DNA of 64,000 nt from Octopus vulgaris (GCA_951406725.2 OX597816.1:102672001-102736000); one strand, 5' to 3'; counted from the first letter of the stretch, positions 27,844 through 42,700 are shown. Numbers and translations are program-made. Notes: generated from the letters alone by a model not told the origin.

Positions 27844-28324
27844 TTATGTGTGTATATATGTGTAGATATATATTCATATATATATACACACAGATGTATT
27901 CATAAATGCACACACACACACACACATATATATATATACATACATACATGTGTTCATACTTACACATATATATATACATATGTATTTGTGTGTGTGTGTA
28001 TGTGAGTGTGTGTGTGCGTGTGCGAATCATTGTATGTATATACGTGGCCATGTGCGTGCGGAATGGTTATATTTTACAGATTTATTCGCTTTTCCGTCCT
28101 TTATATAACGTATATTGAATCCTCTTTGGTTTCAGATCTCTTTGATCTTTGATGTAAGGGTTTATCCACACACACACACACACACACAGATGCGCGTGCA
28201 CGCACTCATACGAACACACACATACACGCTGACACACATACACACGCACGCACAGACACACACACAGACATTTTTGCATGCGTGCGTAAGCATGAATTCG
28301 CGAGCTTCTGAATGTTCTGTTCTT

Positions 28325-28369
<45 letters not shown>

Positions 28370-28588
28370 ATGTTTGTGTGTGTGTTTGTGTGTGTGTGTG
28401 AGCGCGCGCGTGTGTGTGCATTCTCCACGGCTGCCTGGTTTTCTTCTTAATGAACACCCCCACTGTCTGCTTATCTCTTCATGCCCACCTTTCTTTTCTC
28501 CTTTTTTTCCCATCCACTGACACCCCGCTCCACCCTTTACATAATACAATACACAATATACACACACACACACACACACAATACTCAA

Positions 28589-28619
<31 letters not shown>

Positions 28620-29187
28620 TTCACAGCTCATACATTCGTGCACTCTACACCCTTAACTTCTTTCACTACCAACTCCATACCACTCTCACTTTACTCCACT
28701 CTTCCCGCCAAATAATAACCCCCAGCCCACATTCATTCATACGTAAAGCACACACACCTCTCGCACACATACACTATACTCTCTCTTTCTCTCTCTTTCT
28801 GTCTGTCTGTCTCTCTTTCTCTGCCTGTCTGTCTGTCTCTCCCCCCTCTCATTATATATATATATATATATATTATAAGAATCCGCACATACACCTCTGT
28901 TTGATCTCACTCGTTTCAATATGCCTCACATCAACTTCAGGCAAATACACGCACACACACACACACACACACACCCACGCACGCAGCCACACGCACGCGA
29001 GCTTGCACACACACACACACATATATATATAATATATATACATGGCGGTGCCCCAGCATGGCCACTTGCTTGTGAGCTGAAACTAGATAAAAATAAAAAA
29101 TGTGTGTGTATGTACATGTATATATGTATGTAAATATATATATATATATATGTGTATATGTGTTTATATATATATATGTGTATATGT

Positions 29188-29231
<44 letters not shown>

Positions 29232-29521
29232 GTATATATTTGTATGCATGTATATATACACTGGTTTTCCTACAGTCGAAACATCCAACACCGTAACTCC
29301 TACCCATCACATTACATAACATGATAACGTCAATTACTGCTTCCTCTTTTCTCTTCTCTTCTCTCACCACCGCCATTATTAGAACCTCCACCACTACGCT
29401 GCAACCACAGCTTTTCCTGAATTAATGCATTATTGTATTACTCTTTCTGTACATCTACTATCCTCTCTTTCTTTCATGATATATATATATATATATATAA
29501 ATACATACATACATACATACA

Positions 29522-29602
<81 letters not shown>

Positions 29603-29632
29603 CTCTATCTCTCTCTATATATACATAAATAT

Positions 29633-29707
<75 letters not shown>

Positions 29708-30729
29708 CATGTATATATATTCATTTATATATATACATACACACACTTACGTATATGTATGTATGTATATGTGTGTATGTGTATATATAAGTGTGTGTGT
29801 TGTGTTTTTGTATGAATGAATATACACGATGGTCTTCTTTTAGTTTCCGTCTCCTATATCCACTCACAAAGACGACCTGCGATTATAGTAGAAGACACTT
29901 GCCCATGGTGCTGTGCAGTGGCTATGAACTTTAGACAACACAGCAGTACACCACAATTATAGAGAATATGAAAGACACTGTAGAATCCAGATTTAAATGG
30001 TTTAAATAATTCTATTTTTTCTACTTCGGCGTTACAAACCTATTATGTTAAAAAAAAATATGTATATATATATACATATTTATATATCCTTGCATTTCAC
30101 TTAGTTTACGTCGCAAGAAATGCATCCTTATAAGATATCACAATCTTAGCAGATATCAGCAAATTTCAATTTTTTTGTCTATCTGAGGCAGCAGGTCGGT
30201 TATATTGAGATGAGAGTATTCTCCAGTATGAAACTGGTACTTCATTTTATCGTCTTATGTAAGTACGAAAGCAAAGTCGATCTCATCAGGTTTTAGAACT
30301 CAAAATGTAAAGAGCCGCGAAGGAATCTCGCAAATTATATTTTTCCGATGCTCAGCTATTCTGATAATCCACGAAAATGATAATATTTAGCAATATAGGC
30401 TCAAGGCTTGAAATTTTGATGGTTGCGGTGTAGTTTAATATATGTTATATATCCCAATACTTAACTAGAGTTACATAATATTTTAGTCTCCCTGGTAGGA
30501 TAAAGGCTATAGTTGACCTTGACGGTTACCAAAATCAGAGTGAAATATCTGTGGGCAATTTGCCCGATGTGTTACCGATTCTGCCAGATGATGGTGGTGA
30601 TTAATATCCTACAACAGTCATAAATTTCGTATAAATGTGTTTTAGCACTTCTTAACCACCGTACATTTTTTTTCCTTTTTATACGATATCTTACATATTT
30701 TTGTTCTGAATGTTTGTTACATGAAATAA

Positions 30730-30790
<61 letters not shown>

Positions 30791-30899
30791 TATGTATATA
30801 TGTATATATGTATGTATGTATGTATATACATATATATATATACACACGCACATATATATTTAGACATCATATATATAGTCATATATATACATATATATT

Positions 30900-30946
<47 letters not shown>

Positions 30947-30955
30947 ATTTATATA

Positions 30956-31005
<50 letters not shown>

Positions 31006-31234
31006 CCTCTGCGTGTGTGAGTGTGTGTGTGTTCGTATGTATGCATACACACATGCAGATACGTATAGGGATGTGTGTTCAACTGGCCTTCATTTGCAAG
31101 TGAGTATGGCTTGGTAACCTGTACCATGCTTTTACTAATTATTTTAGGTGCCTGTGTAATCACAAGCAAAACATATATGGTCCAGCAGAACATATACACT
31201 GTGAATGCAGGAGGGAGAGAGGAAAGCATCAGTA

Positions 31235-31359
31235 ACCGGGTGGTATTTATTATAGCTAAGTAGACTGTCCTTGCTCAAGGACACAAGGCATTTCTCTATC
31301 CAGGAACTGAACCAACAACCTCCTTGATTATGAATCAAACACCATAACTCTTGGGCCAC
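31235..31359 (-). mobile_element. Degraded tRNA-derived SINE with a V/CORE-like gtgtccttgagcaagg block (family D)
   Basis: Reverse complement: cgtggcccaagagtta...ggttcagttcctgg...ttgtgtccttgagcaaggaca. A similar head lies at ~14245-14300 (+). Confidence 0.55.
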
Positions 31360-31377
31360 GTATCAGCTCACAATACA

Positions 31378-31456
<79 letters not shown>

Positions 31457-31531
31457 GCGCGCGGACACAGAAACACACAGACACATGCATACACATACAT
31501 GCATACACAAATGTATATAATCTTTATTATA

Positions 31532-31608
31532 CAGGGTGCGGCAGAAAGGTTGCCCCGATTTCAAATTATTAACCTTTGAAATCGGGGCAACCTTTCTGCC
31601 GCATCCTG
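31532..31608. mobile_element. 77-bp Tc1/mariner-type MITE made almost entirely of TIRs
   Basis: 34-bp arms cagggtgcggcagaaaggttgccccgatttcaaa / tttgaaatcggggcaacctttctgccgcatcctg (1 mismatch), 9-bp spacer, TA on both sides (31530-31, 31609-10). Confidence 0.9.
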
Positions 31609-31627
31609 TATATATTATGCATTACTG

Positions 31628-31816
31628 CGTCGGACAAAATGCTTAGTAAAATTTCTTCCGTCTTTATGTTCTGAGTTGAAATTCCTCCGAGGTTGTTCTT
31701 TACCTTTCATTATTTCGGGGTCGATAAAATAAGTACCTGTTGAACAATGGGGTTGATGTAATCGACTAGTCCCCTCCCACAAAATTTCAGGCCTTGTGCC
31801 TATAGTAGAAAGAATT
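31628..31816 (+). mobile_element. Family A SINE (tail type ii), 5' end missing
   Basis: aaatgcttag...gttctgagttgaaattcctccgagg...tttcggggtcgataaaataagtacc...aaaatttcaggccttgtgcctatagtagaaaga. Confidence 0.85.
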
Positions 31817-32160
31817 ATATGCATACATGTATATATATTTTTTCTCTATATATATGTGTATATGTGAATATAAGTGTGTATGTGTACATATACACTCACA
31901 TGCGCGGGCACACACACAAAATTTTGCAATGCGGAACATGCCTGCTTTCAGGCAGAGTGAGGGGATGGGCTCTAGATGTCAAGGATACCGTGAGGGCTTC
32001 AGTTTTATTTACTTATTTAACTATGTTTGCAACCCTTAGGTTTTTTCCCCTTCTCTTTGACTGTCCGAGTCCCTTAAAGAAGAGCCAGCTGAACGCTCTC
32101 TTTTATAAGGTCTGTATTTACACGCACACATTGGATGAGGAAAAGGGCAAAATTTATTGG

Positions 32161-32221
<61 letters not shown>

Positions 32222-32339
32222 CATTGAGCGAAGTAAGGTTTTGTTAGCGATACTACGTATAACAGTAAATTGTATAAAACGTACCCCGGCTAGTAACTGC
32301 ACCTCAAATCTATTGTTATGTTTTCGGACAATAATTAAC

Positions 32340-33500
32340 TGAAACTTGATTTATCGACCTTAAAAGTATAAAATGCGAAACCGAATCAAGCTTGATCTGA
32401 TCTGAAAACTTAGGAATAAAAAATCAACAATTGTATCGCTGGGATTTTGGCGTGGCGACCAAGCGATTCTGCCAACGTATTTGATTAAAGTTTTAGTAAT
32501 CTTTAACATCGATATATTATATTTTATCGACCTCTGAATGATGAATCATTAAATTTACTTCGGCATGATTTGATCTCAGAACGTAAAGGGTTGGCATCTA
32601 CATAGAATGTATTCTCACTGACGCTCTAACTATTCTGTCAAGCAACCACTTACCCTTCATATAAAAATTACTTCCAATTAAGGTGTATAGTAAGCAATTT
32701 TGACGGGTGGGATTAGCCGTTACTATCGATCCCAGTACTTCGAAATCAGAGCGTAAAGAGCCGCAATAGATATCGGTTTCAAATTTTTGCACTAGGCCAG
32801 CATGCTCAGGGAAGCGGGTAAGTCAATTACATCGGAACTATTTTATCAATTCCAAAAGTCGGCTTTGGCAGAATTTGGGCTCGGAACATGAAGACGGATG
32901 AAATGCCACTAAGCATTCTGACCGGTGTACTAACGATTCTTATTTCTTTATTGCCCACAAGGGGCTAAACATAGAGAGGACAAACAAGGACAGACAAACG
33001 GATTAAGTCGATTACATCGACCCCAGTGCGTAACTGGTACTTAATTTATCTACTTCGAAAGGATGAAAGGCAAAGTCGACCTCGGTGGAATTTGAACCTA
33101 GAACGTAGCGGCAGACGAAATACCGCTAAGCATTTCACCAGGCATGCTAACGATTCTGCCGGCTCGCCGCCTTACAGAACCAGAATGGATATCACAAAGC
33201 AATATTACCGACACTCTACCGAATCTGCTAACTTAATAACAATGGTTTTTGATATAAGTACAAGGTTAGTAATTCTGAGGCGGGAAAAGGAGTTTAGTCG
33301 AATGTCATCAACTTTAATATTTGATTACTATGTTATGTTATTGACTCCGGTGGGATGAAATGCAACGTTGATCTCAGCGAGGTTTGAACTGAGAAGGTAA
33401 AGAGCCAGAATAAAACAAACAAAGAAGTAAACAAAAAAAAAAAGTCACAAGGCATTTTCCTGGAAGCCTTTAGTACCCTCAACATTTCTGCTAGCTCCCT
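32340..33500 (-). mobile_element. Cluster of family A SINEs of different ages; young tail-i copy at 32941-33173
   Basis: Several same-orientation cores; intact head ctcgccgcctt ends at 33173. Confidence 0.85.
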
Positions 33501-33801
33501 CGACAAACAAACAAAAAGAGGAACAACATCAACAATGATAACATAAACAACAATGGTTATGACGATAATAATAATAGTAATAATAATAATAATAATAATC
33601 ATTATCATCATTATCATCATCATCGTCATCCCCACCACCAACACTGCCGTCGCCACCACCACCACCATCACCACCATCATCATGATCATCATCATGGCAA
33701 CAATAACAATTTGTGTGTGCGCCATATTACCAGTCATGAGCTAACAATGAGCAATTCACAACGATACTCATATTTGATAGGCCAGTATATGTTGACGTAT
33801 A

Positions 33802-33873
<72 letters not shown>

Positions 33874-33988
33874 CGCATTAGATATGCGGTCACAGAGAAC
33901 GAACACACATTGTAGGCATATTTATTTGTATACACATACATGACATATATACAAAAAAATACAGACATTTATCTTCTCTCCCCCTGTC

Positions 33989-34022
<34 letters not shown>

Positions 34023-34417
34023 GCACTCTCACACTCTCTCTCTCTTTCTCTCTCTCTCACACACACACTCAAATGCATACCCCTGGGTAGCTGTATTTAA
34101 CAAGAATTGTGGTTTTCATTATAACATATTTACATACATACATACATACATATATACATCATACACACACACACATATATATATACAAGCAAACATGGAT
34201 AAATAAGAGTAATTTTAAATATAGATACATGTTTATGCATTTATGAATGTATGTTTATATATATACATATATTTCTATGTGTGTATATGCATATATATAT
34301 ATATATATGTGTGTGTATATACATATGTACATATATATATGTGTATGTATATATATATATATATATGTGTGTGTGTATATATATAATACACACACTTACA
34401 TACACATGCATACACAT

Positions 34418-34448
<31 letters not shown>

Positions 34449-34771
34449 TGAAGAATGAGCAAGAAGAGAAAAACACAAGAGAAACAACATGCAAAGACAT
34501 ATACGAATATAACTCTGTTTACTACGGTATCCATTAACTTAAATGTAGTATTATTAATAATCAAATAATCATACACAATAATTATATGAATGACATCAAC
34601 GAAGTAGCATTTGAATGTTAAATGTTGATTCATATTCAATGAAATGAAACGTTTTTACCAATTTGAAGCCACTAAAACTCATTAAAATTCACTTTAAATT
34701 ACTAATAATCGTTATACGGAGAAAGCATCAACATCGCATTCTCTCATTCTCGTTTTTGTTATTTCAATAGA

Positions 34772-34778
34772 AATAATG

Positions 34779-34877
<99 letters not shown>

Positions 34878-34887
34878 ATAATAATAA
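34772..34887. repeat. Back-to-back (AAT)n/(ATT)n repeat
   Basis: An AAT run switches to ATT at ~34846 and back at ~34876. Confidence 0.9.
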
Positions 34888-35201
34888 AACATTAGTACTA
34901 ACTCAGAAACATAACCCGAAATAAAAAAGGTGTCTCCGGGTAATCACTTGACCTAGAAGAAGTAACAACGAAATGATTTTAAAATAACGATTTGAGTCTT
35001 TAAAAAGAAAGGATCTTTGATCTGTCTGTTCAGTTTTGACCTGACAACGCATATTTTGATATTTAAAGGGAACGTTCATTATGTGTGTGTGTATGTGTGC
35101 GAGTGTGTGTGTGTGTGTTTGTGTGTGTGTGTGAGTTGATATGTATATATGTATGATTTTGGCGAGCGACCAGCCCTTTAAATATCCACTATATATGGTA
35201 T

Positions 35202-35547
<346 letters not shown>

Positions 35548-35735
35548 GTTTCGTGCTGACTGACCGAATAAAGAGTACTCAGTAGTATAGATAAGATTAT
35601 TAACACATTTTATCGCTCCAGTCTCATGCTGAACTCAGAGTTACACCTCTGTGGGTACACTGGATTTTTATATATATCTGTATATATGTGGACGTGTGTA
35701 TTTGTATATACAAACATGCATACATACATGCATAT

Positions 35736-35772
<37 letters not shown>

Positions 35773-36752
35773 TGTATGTGTGTGTGTATGTATGTATGTA
35801 TGTGTGTGTATGTATGTATGTATGTATGTATGTATGTATGTATGTGCGTGTATGTACGTATGTATGTGCGTGTGTATGTATGTATGTATGTGTGTGTGTA
35901 TATATGTATGTATGTATGTATGTATGTGCGTGTGTATGTATATATGTATGTATGTATGTGTGTGTATGTATGTATGTATTTATGTATGTATGTGTATATG
36001 TACAGAGAAAGTGGGAGAGACAGAAACGGGGAGGGAGAGAGAGAGCTTAGTGGTAGCAATTGCAGTGCTTTCGTGCTATTGAAGACGGCGGCTTTTGATT
36101 ACAATGTGCAGTATTGGTGGAAATTGCTTACAGGACCCTCCTTCATCTTAAGGATAGAAATAAAAGAACAAAATTCCGTTATGCCAGAATCCAAAGCCGT
36201 TGTAAATGAGAGGTGAAAACACTATTGAGCAACGGAAGAAAAAAAAATTGTTTCTTTTTTATGAAATAGTGAAACACTGTAACAAAACTATCTCGGCTTT
36301 TTCCGAATAACATGCGCAGAAGGTATTCGGATTCGAATCCACGCACTAGCATAAGCGTCCTTAATTTTCCGTGTACCAAACTCAACTAAGCTCTACCCCT
36401 CCCTCTCTCTCTTCTCACGAACGTGCATACACACGCACACACACAGGCACACACAGAGGCACACACACACACAGACATACACAGAAGCACACACATAACC
36501 CCCCCCCCCCACACACACACACACTCAACCACCACCTCACCCTAACCAACACACACGCACTCACACACATATACATGTCTTGAACAGATATATATTTTCA
36601 AGATTTAAATTTGAAGGAATTGATACCTTTCCTATAAGTGACCTCTCACTCTCTTTCTTTCTACCTCTCTCTCTTTCTTTCTTTCTCTCTCTCTCTCTCA
36701 CACACGTGTGTGTGTGTGTGTGTGTGTGTGCATATACAGTATACGTGTATAT

Positions 36753-36827
<75 letters not shown>

Positions 36828-36851
36828 GCGCACAAATATATATATATTTTC

Positions 36852-36901
<50 letters not shown>

Positions 36902-37833
36902 GAACATATATAACGTATTTATGGCTGTTGTGTAGGGGGAGTTATTTTTAAAAATATTTTATCTGTAAAAGAACCACATTGTTTCCAGTGTGTCCTTCTT
37001 AAGTTTAAGTGTTATGTGAGGAAGCTTTGTGGGTATTTCTAGACGGTCGAGTAACGACTCGATCCAGTCAGTAGCTTATTGAGTGATTCGAGTGGTCTAG
37101 GATGAAATTTTAATGGCTTCAAGCTGCGAAAGATTTGTTATATATCATCAAGGTAGTTAAGCAGATAAGCAAAAGTATTTGTTAAAAAAGGCCAAAAATA
37201 AAAGAAGAAAAAGGTGATAAACAAATCTCTCTCTCTCTATCTTTCTCTCTCATACACATAAACATACACACACGCATAGACGTTCCACAGAAAATGACTA
37301 AGAAAAGTTATTCGTTTACTTACCTTTCGATTTCATTCTTCATTAGCCGTTTTCTTCTATTTCTACCACCACCACCACCACCTCCATCATCATCACCATT
37401 GTCATGTGAACAACTTTATTTTTGTTTTTGAAAGAGAGGGAAAGAAAGAGAAAGAGAGAAACAGAGATTGAGCTTGATGTCATACAGGTGGCGTTGTTGT
37501 AAAAGATATATACTTGCGTAAAATGTGCGTTAGTATGTGCGTTATATTTGTGTTGTTTATGGCTTAGCCAAGCCAACAGATTGATTAATCAAAGAAGACA
37601 TTCCAGCCATGCCTGTCACTATTTTATTCTCCAACAAGAAAGAACTATACTGTCCAACGTTTTACTCCTTTGTTTTAAGACAGTCGGACACGATGTGATT
37701 TGAGGTAAAAATTTGCCTGTTATAAGCTCGCAGGACGAGCGACTGACTGTGTAGAGAGGCGTTTTACATGGCGTGTGTCTGCTACTGCCTCTGTTCGTGT
37801 TCTGCCGAAATGGTTTCTCTGTTCAGGCTTACC

Positions 37834-37901
<68 letters not shown>

Positions 37902-38048
37902 CTACACACACATATATACATATATGCAAAGACACCACACACACGCATACAAACTCGCATACACCTCGCGCGTACTCAGACACACACATACGCATGCTTA
38001 CATACACACACACGCGCGCATACACACACGCATACACATGGCGCGCGT

Positions 38049-38101
<53 letters not shown>

Positions 38102-38389
38102 CAACATTTGTAATTTCCTTGTCTCGTTTCAAATACATTTTTGTTTTAACAAGAAGACACTCCTTCGTGTGTCATCATCATCATCATCATCCTCATCACC
38201 ATCGTCACCAACATCAACAACATCATCATCATCGTGAATATCATCGTCATTCATCACCCTCTCGTCATTATCGTCGTTGTAGTTGTTGTTGTTGTTTAAA
38301 CGTCATTCTTTTCTGTCCGTAAATTACTGTGAAAGTAAATTGTTGTTGTTAGCAATAATTCTTGATATTATTAGAATTTTACTAGATTG

Positions 38390-39335
38390 TCGCACCAAAA
38401 TGCATCGCAGTATTTAAATACGACCCTTTACATTCTGAGTTCAAATCCTGGTTAAAGTTGATTTTGTCTTTCATCCCTTCCATACCTGGGAACGTGATTA
38501 AATAGAGCGCCGCTTAATTTTAGCATGGTCGATATAAATGACTGTTAGCCAACATTCCTATAAGGCGAATAGTTAGCATGGCGGACAAGAAACCTAAACG
38601 GCATTTCTTCCTTCTTTGCATTCTGAGTTCAAATATCGCCAAAGTGGAGTTTGCTGTCCGTGTGCCATTAATTATAAAAGAATTATTATTATTATTATTA
38701 TTATTATTAAGGCGGCGAGCTGGCAGAAACGTTAGCACGCCGGGCGAAATGCTTAGCGGTATTTCGTCTGCGGTTACGTTGTGAGTTCAGATTCCGCCGA
38801 GGTCGACTTTGCCTTTCATCCTTTCGGGGTCGATAAATTAAGTACCAGTTACGCACTGGGGTCGATGTAATCGACTTAATACCTATGTCTGCCCTTGTTT
38901 GTCCCCTCTGTGTTTTTAGCCCCTTGTGGGTAATGAAGAAATAGAAATAGGTATTTCATCTGCCGCTACATTCTGAGTTCAAATTTCGCCGAGGTCGACT
39001 TTGACTTTCAGTCTTTCGGGGGTCGATTAAATAAGTACCAGTTACACACTGGGATCGGTGTAATCGACTTAATCTCCCCCACCCCCCGAGCTGCCCTTGC
39101 GGCAAAAATTTAAAAATAATAATCATTATTATTATCATTAAGGCGACGAGCCGGGCGAAATGCTTAGCGGTATTTCGTCTGCCGTTACGTGCTGAGTTCA
39201 AATTCCTCCGAGGTCGACTTTGCCTTTCATCCTTTCGGGGTCGATAAATTAAGTACCAGTTACGCACTGGGGTTGATGTCATCGACTAGTTCCCTCCCCC
39301 AAAATTTCAGGCCTTGTGCTTCCAGTAGAAAGAAT
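38390..39335 (+). mobile_element. Head-to-tail cluster of about five family A SINEs separated by (ATT)n
   Basis: Heads aaggcggcgagc at 38709 and aaggcgacgagc at 39140, each directly after ATT repeats; tails i, iii and ii are all present. Confidence 0.9.
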
Positions 39336-39343
39336 TATTATTA

Positions 39344-39380
<37 letters not shown>

Positions 39381-39497
39381 CATTATTCCTTTCTTTCTCT
39401 CCCTTTACTGTACTATATACTACGTATCCTTCTCTTCTTTGTTTAACTGTATACTGTGTATACTCTCCCTCTCTCTCTGTACATTTATACACACACA

Positions 39498-39579
<82 letters not shown>

Positions 39580-40364
39580 TTTCTTTCTTATTTCATAAGT
39601 AAACCCCTCACTTTATATCTGTTTTCGTACTGTTCTCATCATCCTCGCCCCGGTGGCAAATAAAAGAAAACATTATTATTATTAGTATCATTAACATTAT
39701 CATTATTATTATTATTATTGCTATTGTTATTTCTGTAGTTCTGAGTTCAAATACAACTAAGAAACCTTGCGATTGGGGGAGGGGGGGCAGCGGACTGGGT
39801 GGCTAAACTAGGGTACCAGTTACGTATGAATATATATATATAGAGAGAATTAAATCGATTAGATAGATTTATAACCCTGCTTACCATTCCAATTTCACCG
39901 TGTCTTATCAGTAGCAGCAGTAGCAGCAGCAGCAGCAACAACAACATCATCGACATTATATTTTATAATATCCAGGGATCGATATTTCACAGATTTTTAG
40001 AGTTTAAATTGGAAATCATACTGATTACCTTTACGATTTCTGTCACTTTTACCGATCATGTAATTCCCGAAAGATAGTGATGTGTGTGTGTGCATGTGTG
40101 TGTACGCGCGTGTGTGTGTGTGTGTGTGTGCATTTGCGTCTGCGTGTGTGCATGTGAGTGTGTGTGTGTATGTGTGTGTGTGTATGTGTCTGTGTGCGCG
40201 CGTGCGTGTGTGTGCGCGTGCATGAAACTGTTTTAACGAACAAGTCATATTTTATAGCGGCTTCCTCTCGTCGGGTGTTATGCGTGTGTGCTGCGGTTGA
40301 AAGACTGTGTACAAGTGTTTGTGTGTGTGTGTGTGCGTGTATGTATAGGCATACGTGTATGTGA

Positions 40365-40421
<57 letters not shown>

Positions 40422-40851
40422 TTAATTCACACAGTGTCCTTTGTGCACACGCGCATGAAGTCGTGCGTGTGTGCATACATAAATCGCTCCCCGTTCAGAA
40501 ACAGATAATGGTGCCTTGGGTATAATCCGAAAGTCATCCACACATAGACGAATAAATGAATGAATATTGTGGTCGTTCTTGCTGTTATTGCTCTTGTTGT
40601 CTGTCACTCACTGTTGTTTAGCCCCAGGTAGGTAAAATTCGGTTGATCTATATAACCAGAGGGATTCCAGCCACGAATGTCATGTCCTTTTCATTGAAAC
40701 GAATAAATCCAGTGGCAATCATTCTTTTAAAAAAGACGAATTGGATGTGAATTGGAAGGAGAAATACTTTCGACTGACTGCTGTTTTTAGCAGCATTACA
40801 GAACCGACACCACGGCTTGTTAGTCATGATTGGAAAGCACACGATGAAAAC

Positions 40852-40919
<68 letters not shown>

Positions 40920-41488
40920 AGATGATGGTGGTGATGATACAGCACGCTACATTTGAAGCTCTGAGTTGAGGCGGCCGCTGTTGCTGCTGCTGCTCTAAGA
41001 GGGGGGATGTTCGGAGGGTGTTGGAGAGAGCTTTTTTTTTGTAGGAGGGAATAAGATTCGGCAGTAGTAGTAGTCGTAGTAGTGGTAGCTGTAGTAGTAG
41101 TCGTAGTAGCAGCAGTAGCAGCGGCAGCAGCGGTAGCAGCGGCAGCAGCAGCAGCAGCTGAGCAATGGCAGTGGTTTGTTGGTGGGGGAAGCAGCAGTAG
41201 CAGAATATATATTTGGTGTTCTACCATTTGCGATTAGTAACAAACATGACTCGTATACAGCATAACGCAACCAGCGAATTGTTTTGCCCTGTGGTCCCAG
41301 ATAGACGTTTACACTCCCACATTACGATCATTGGAATATATTTCGCTTATATTCACGGCTCCACAATTTACTAAATCACAAGATGGAAGTGGAAAAAACA
41401 AAGCAGAACGCGTTTCATTTACGACCAATCAAATATGCATATGTCTGTGAGCATATGTGTGTGTACAGAGGAATACACACACACAGAG

Positions 41489-41520
<32 letters not shown>

Positions 41521-41572
41521 ATGCACACATGCACACATTCATGAACACACACATATACACGCGCGCGCGCAC

Positions 41573-41609
<37 letters not shown>

Positions 41610-41662
41610 CATGGTTGTGTTTATATATGTTTGCATATATGAATGTATCTCTCTATTTTTTT

Positions 41663-41882
41663 CTCTTTTACTTGTTTCAGTCATTTGACTGCGGCCATGC
41701 TGGAGCACCGCCTTTAGTCGAGCAACTCGACCCCCCGGGACTTATTCTTTTTTTGTAAGCCCAGTACTTATTCTATCGGTCTCTTTTTGCCGAACCGCTA
41801 AGTGACGGGGACGTAAACACACCAGCATCGGTTGTCAACCAATGCTAGGGGGACAAACACAGACACACAAACAAACACACAC

Positions 41883-41950
<68 letters not shown>

Positions 41951-42116
41951 TACAACAGGATTCTTTCAGTTTCCGTCTACCAAATCCACTCACAAGGCTT
42001 TGGTCGGCCCGAGGCTATAGCAGAAGACACTTGCCCAAGGTACCACGCAGTGGGACTGAACCCGGAACCATGTGGTTGGTTAGCAAGCTATTTACCACAC
42101 AGCCACTCCTGCGCCT
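41663..42116 (-). mobile_element. Near full-length SINE family B with internal (TA)n/(CA)n
   Basis: Reverse complement: aggcgcaggagtggctgtgtggtaaatagcttgc...ggttccgggttcagtcccactgcgtggtaccttgggcaagtgtcttctgctatagcctcgggccgacc...(TA)n...ggcggtgctccagcatggccgcagtcaaatgactgaaacaagtaaaagag. tRNA-like A/B boxes. Confidence 0.92.
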
Positions 42117-42362
42117 ACATAGTTCAAACCTTTTTCTCTCTCCCACTCTCTCTTTCTCTTTCTCACTACATGTCTATATATCTATATCTATATCTATCTA
42201 CACACACAAACACACACACACACACATACTTAGACAACACGTATGTATATGTATGCATGTGTGCAGGAATATATGTATCTACATGCGTGTATGTTTGTGT
42301 ATATCAATGCACATAAATACTGATTTACGTGCATATATATTGTGTTTATACGTATCTATGTA

Positions 42363-42416
<54 letters not shown>

Positions 42417-42658
42417 GGCATATGTGTGTGTTATATATGTATGTGTGAGTGCGCGTCTACGTGTGAGCATGTGTGTGCGTGTATATATATATACATATAT
42501 ATTATATATTTATATGTAAGATATTACATAATATATGTGTATATATAATATATATAAAGTCTCTCACTCTCTCTCACTATATATACATATGTATATGTAT
42601 GTATGTATATAATATATATACACACACACATATATATATATTTTATATGTGTATATTT

Positions 42659-42700
<42 letters not shown>

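Noticed and set aside
37315-37360. Consensus splice donor AG|GTAAGT on the minus strand
   Set aside because: Upstream sequence is low complexity; an isolated donor is expected by chance in 64 kb.
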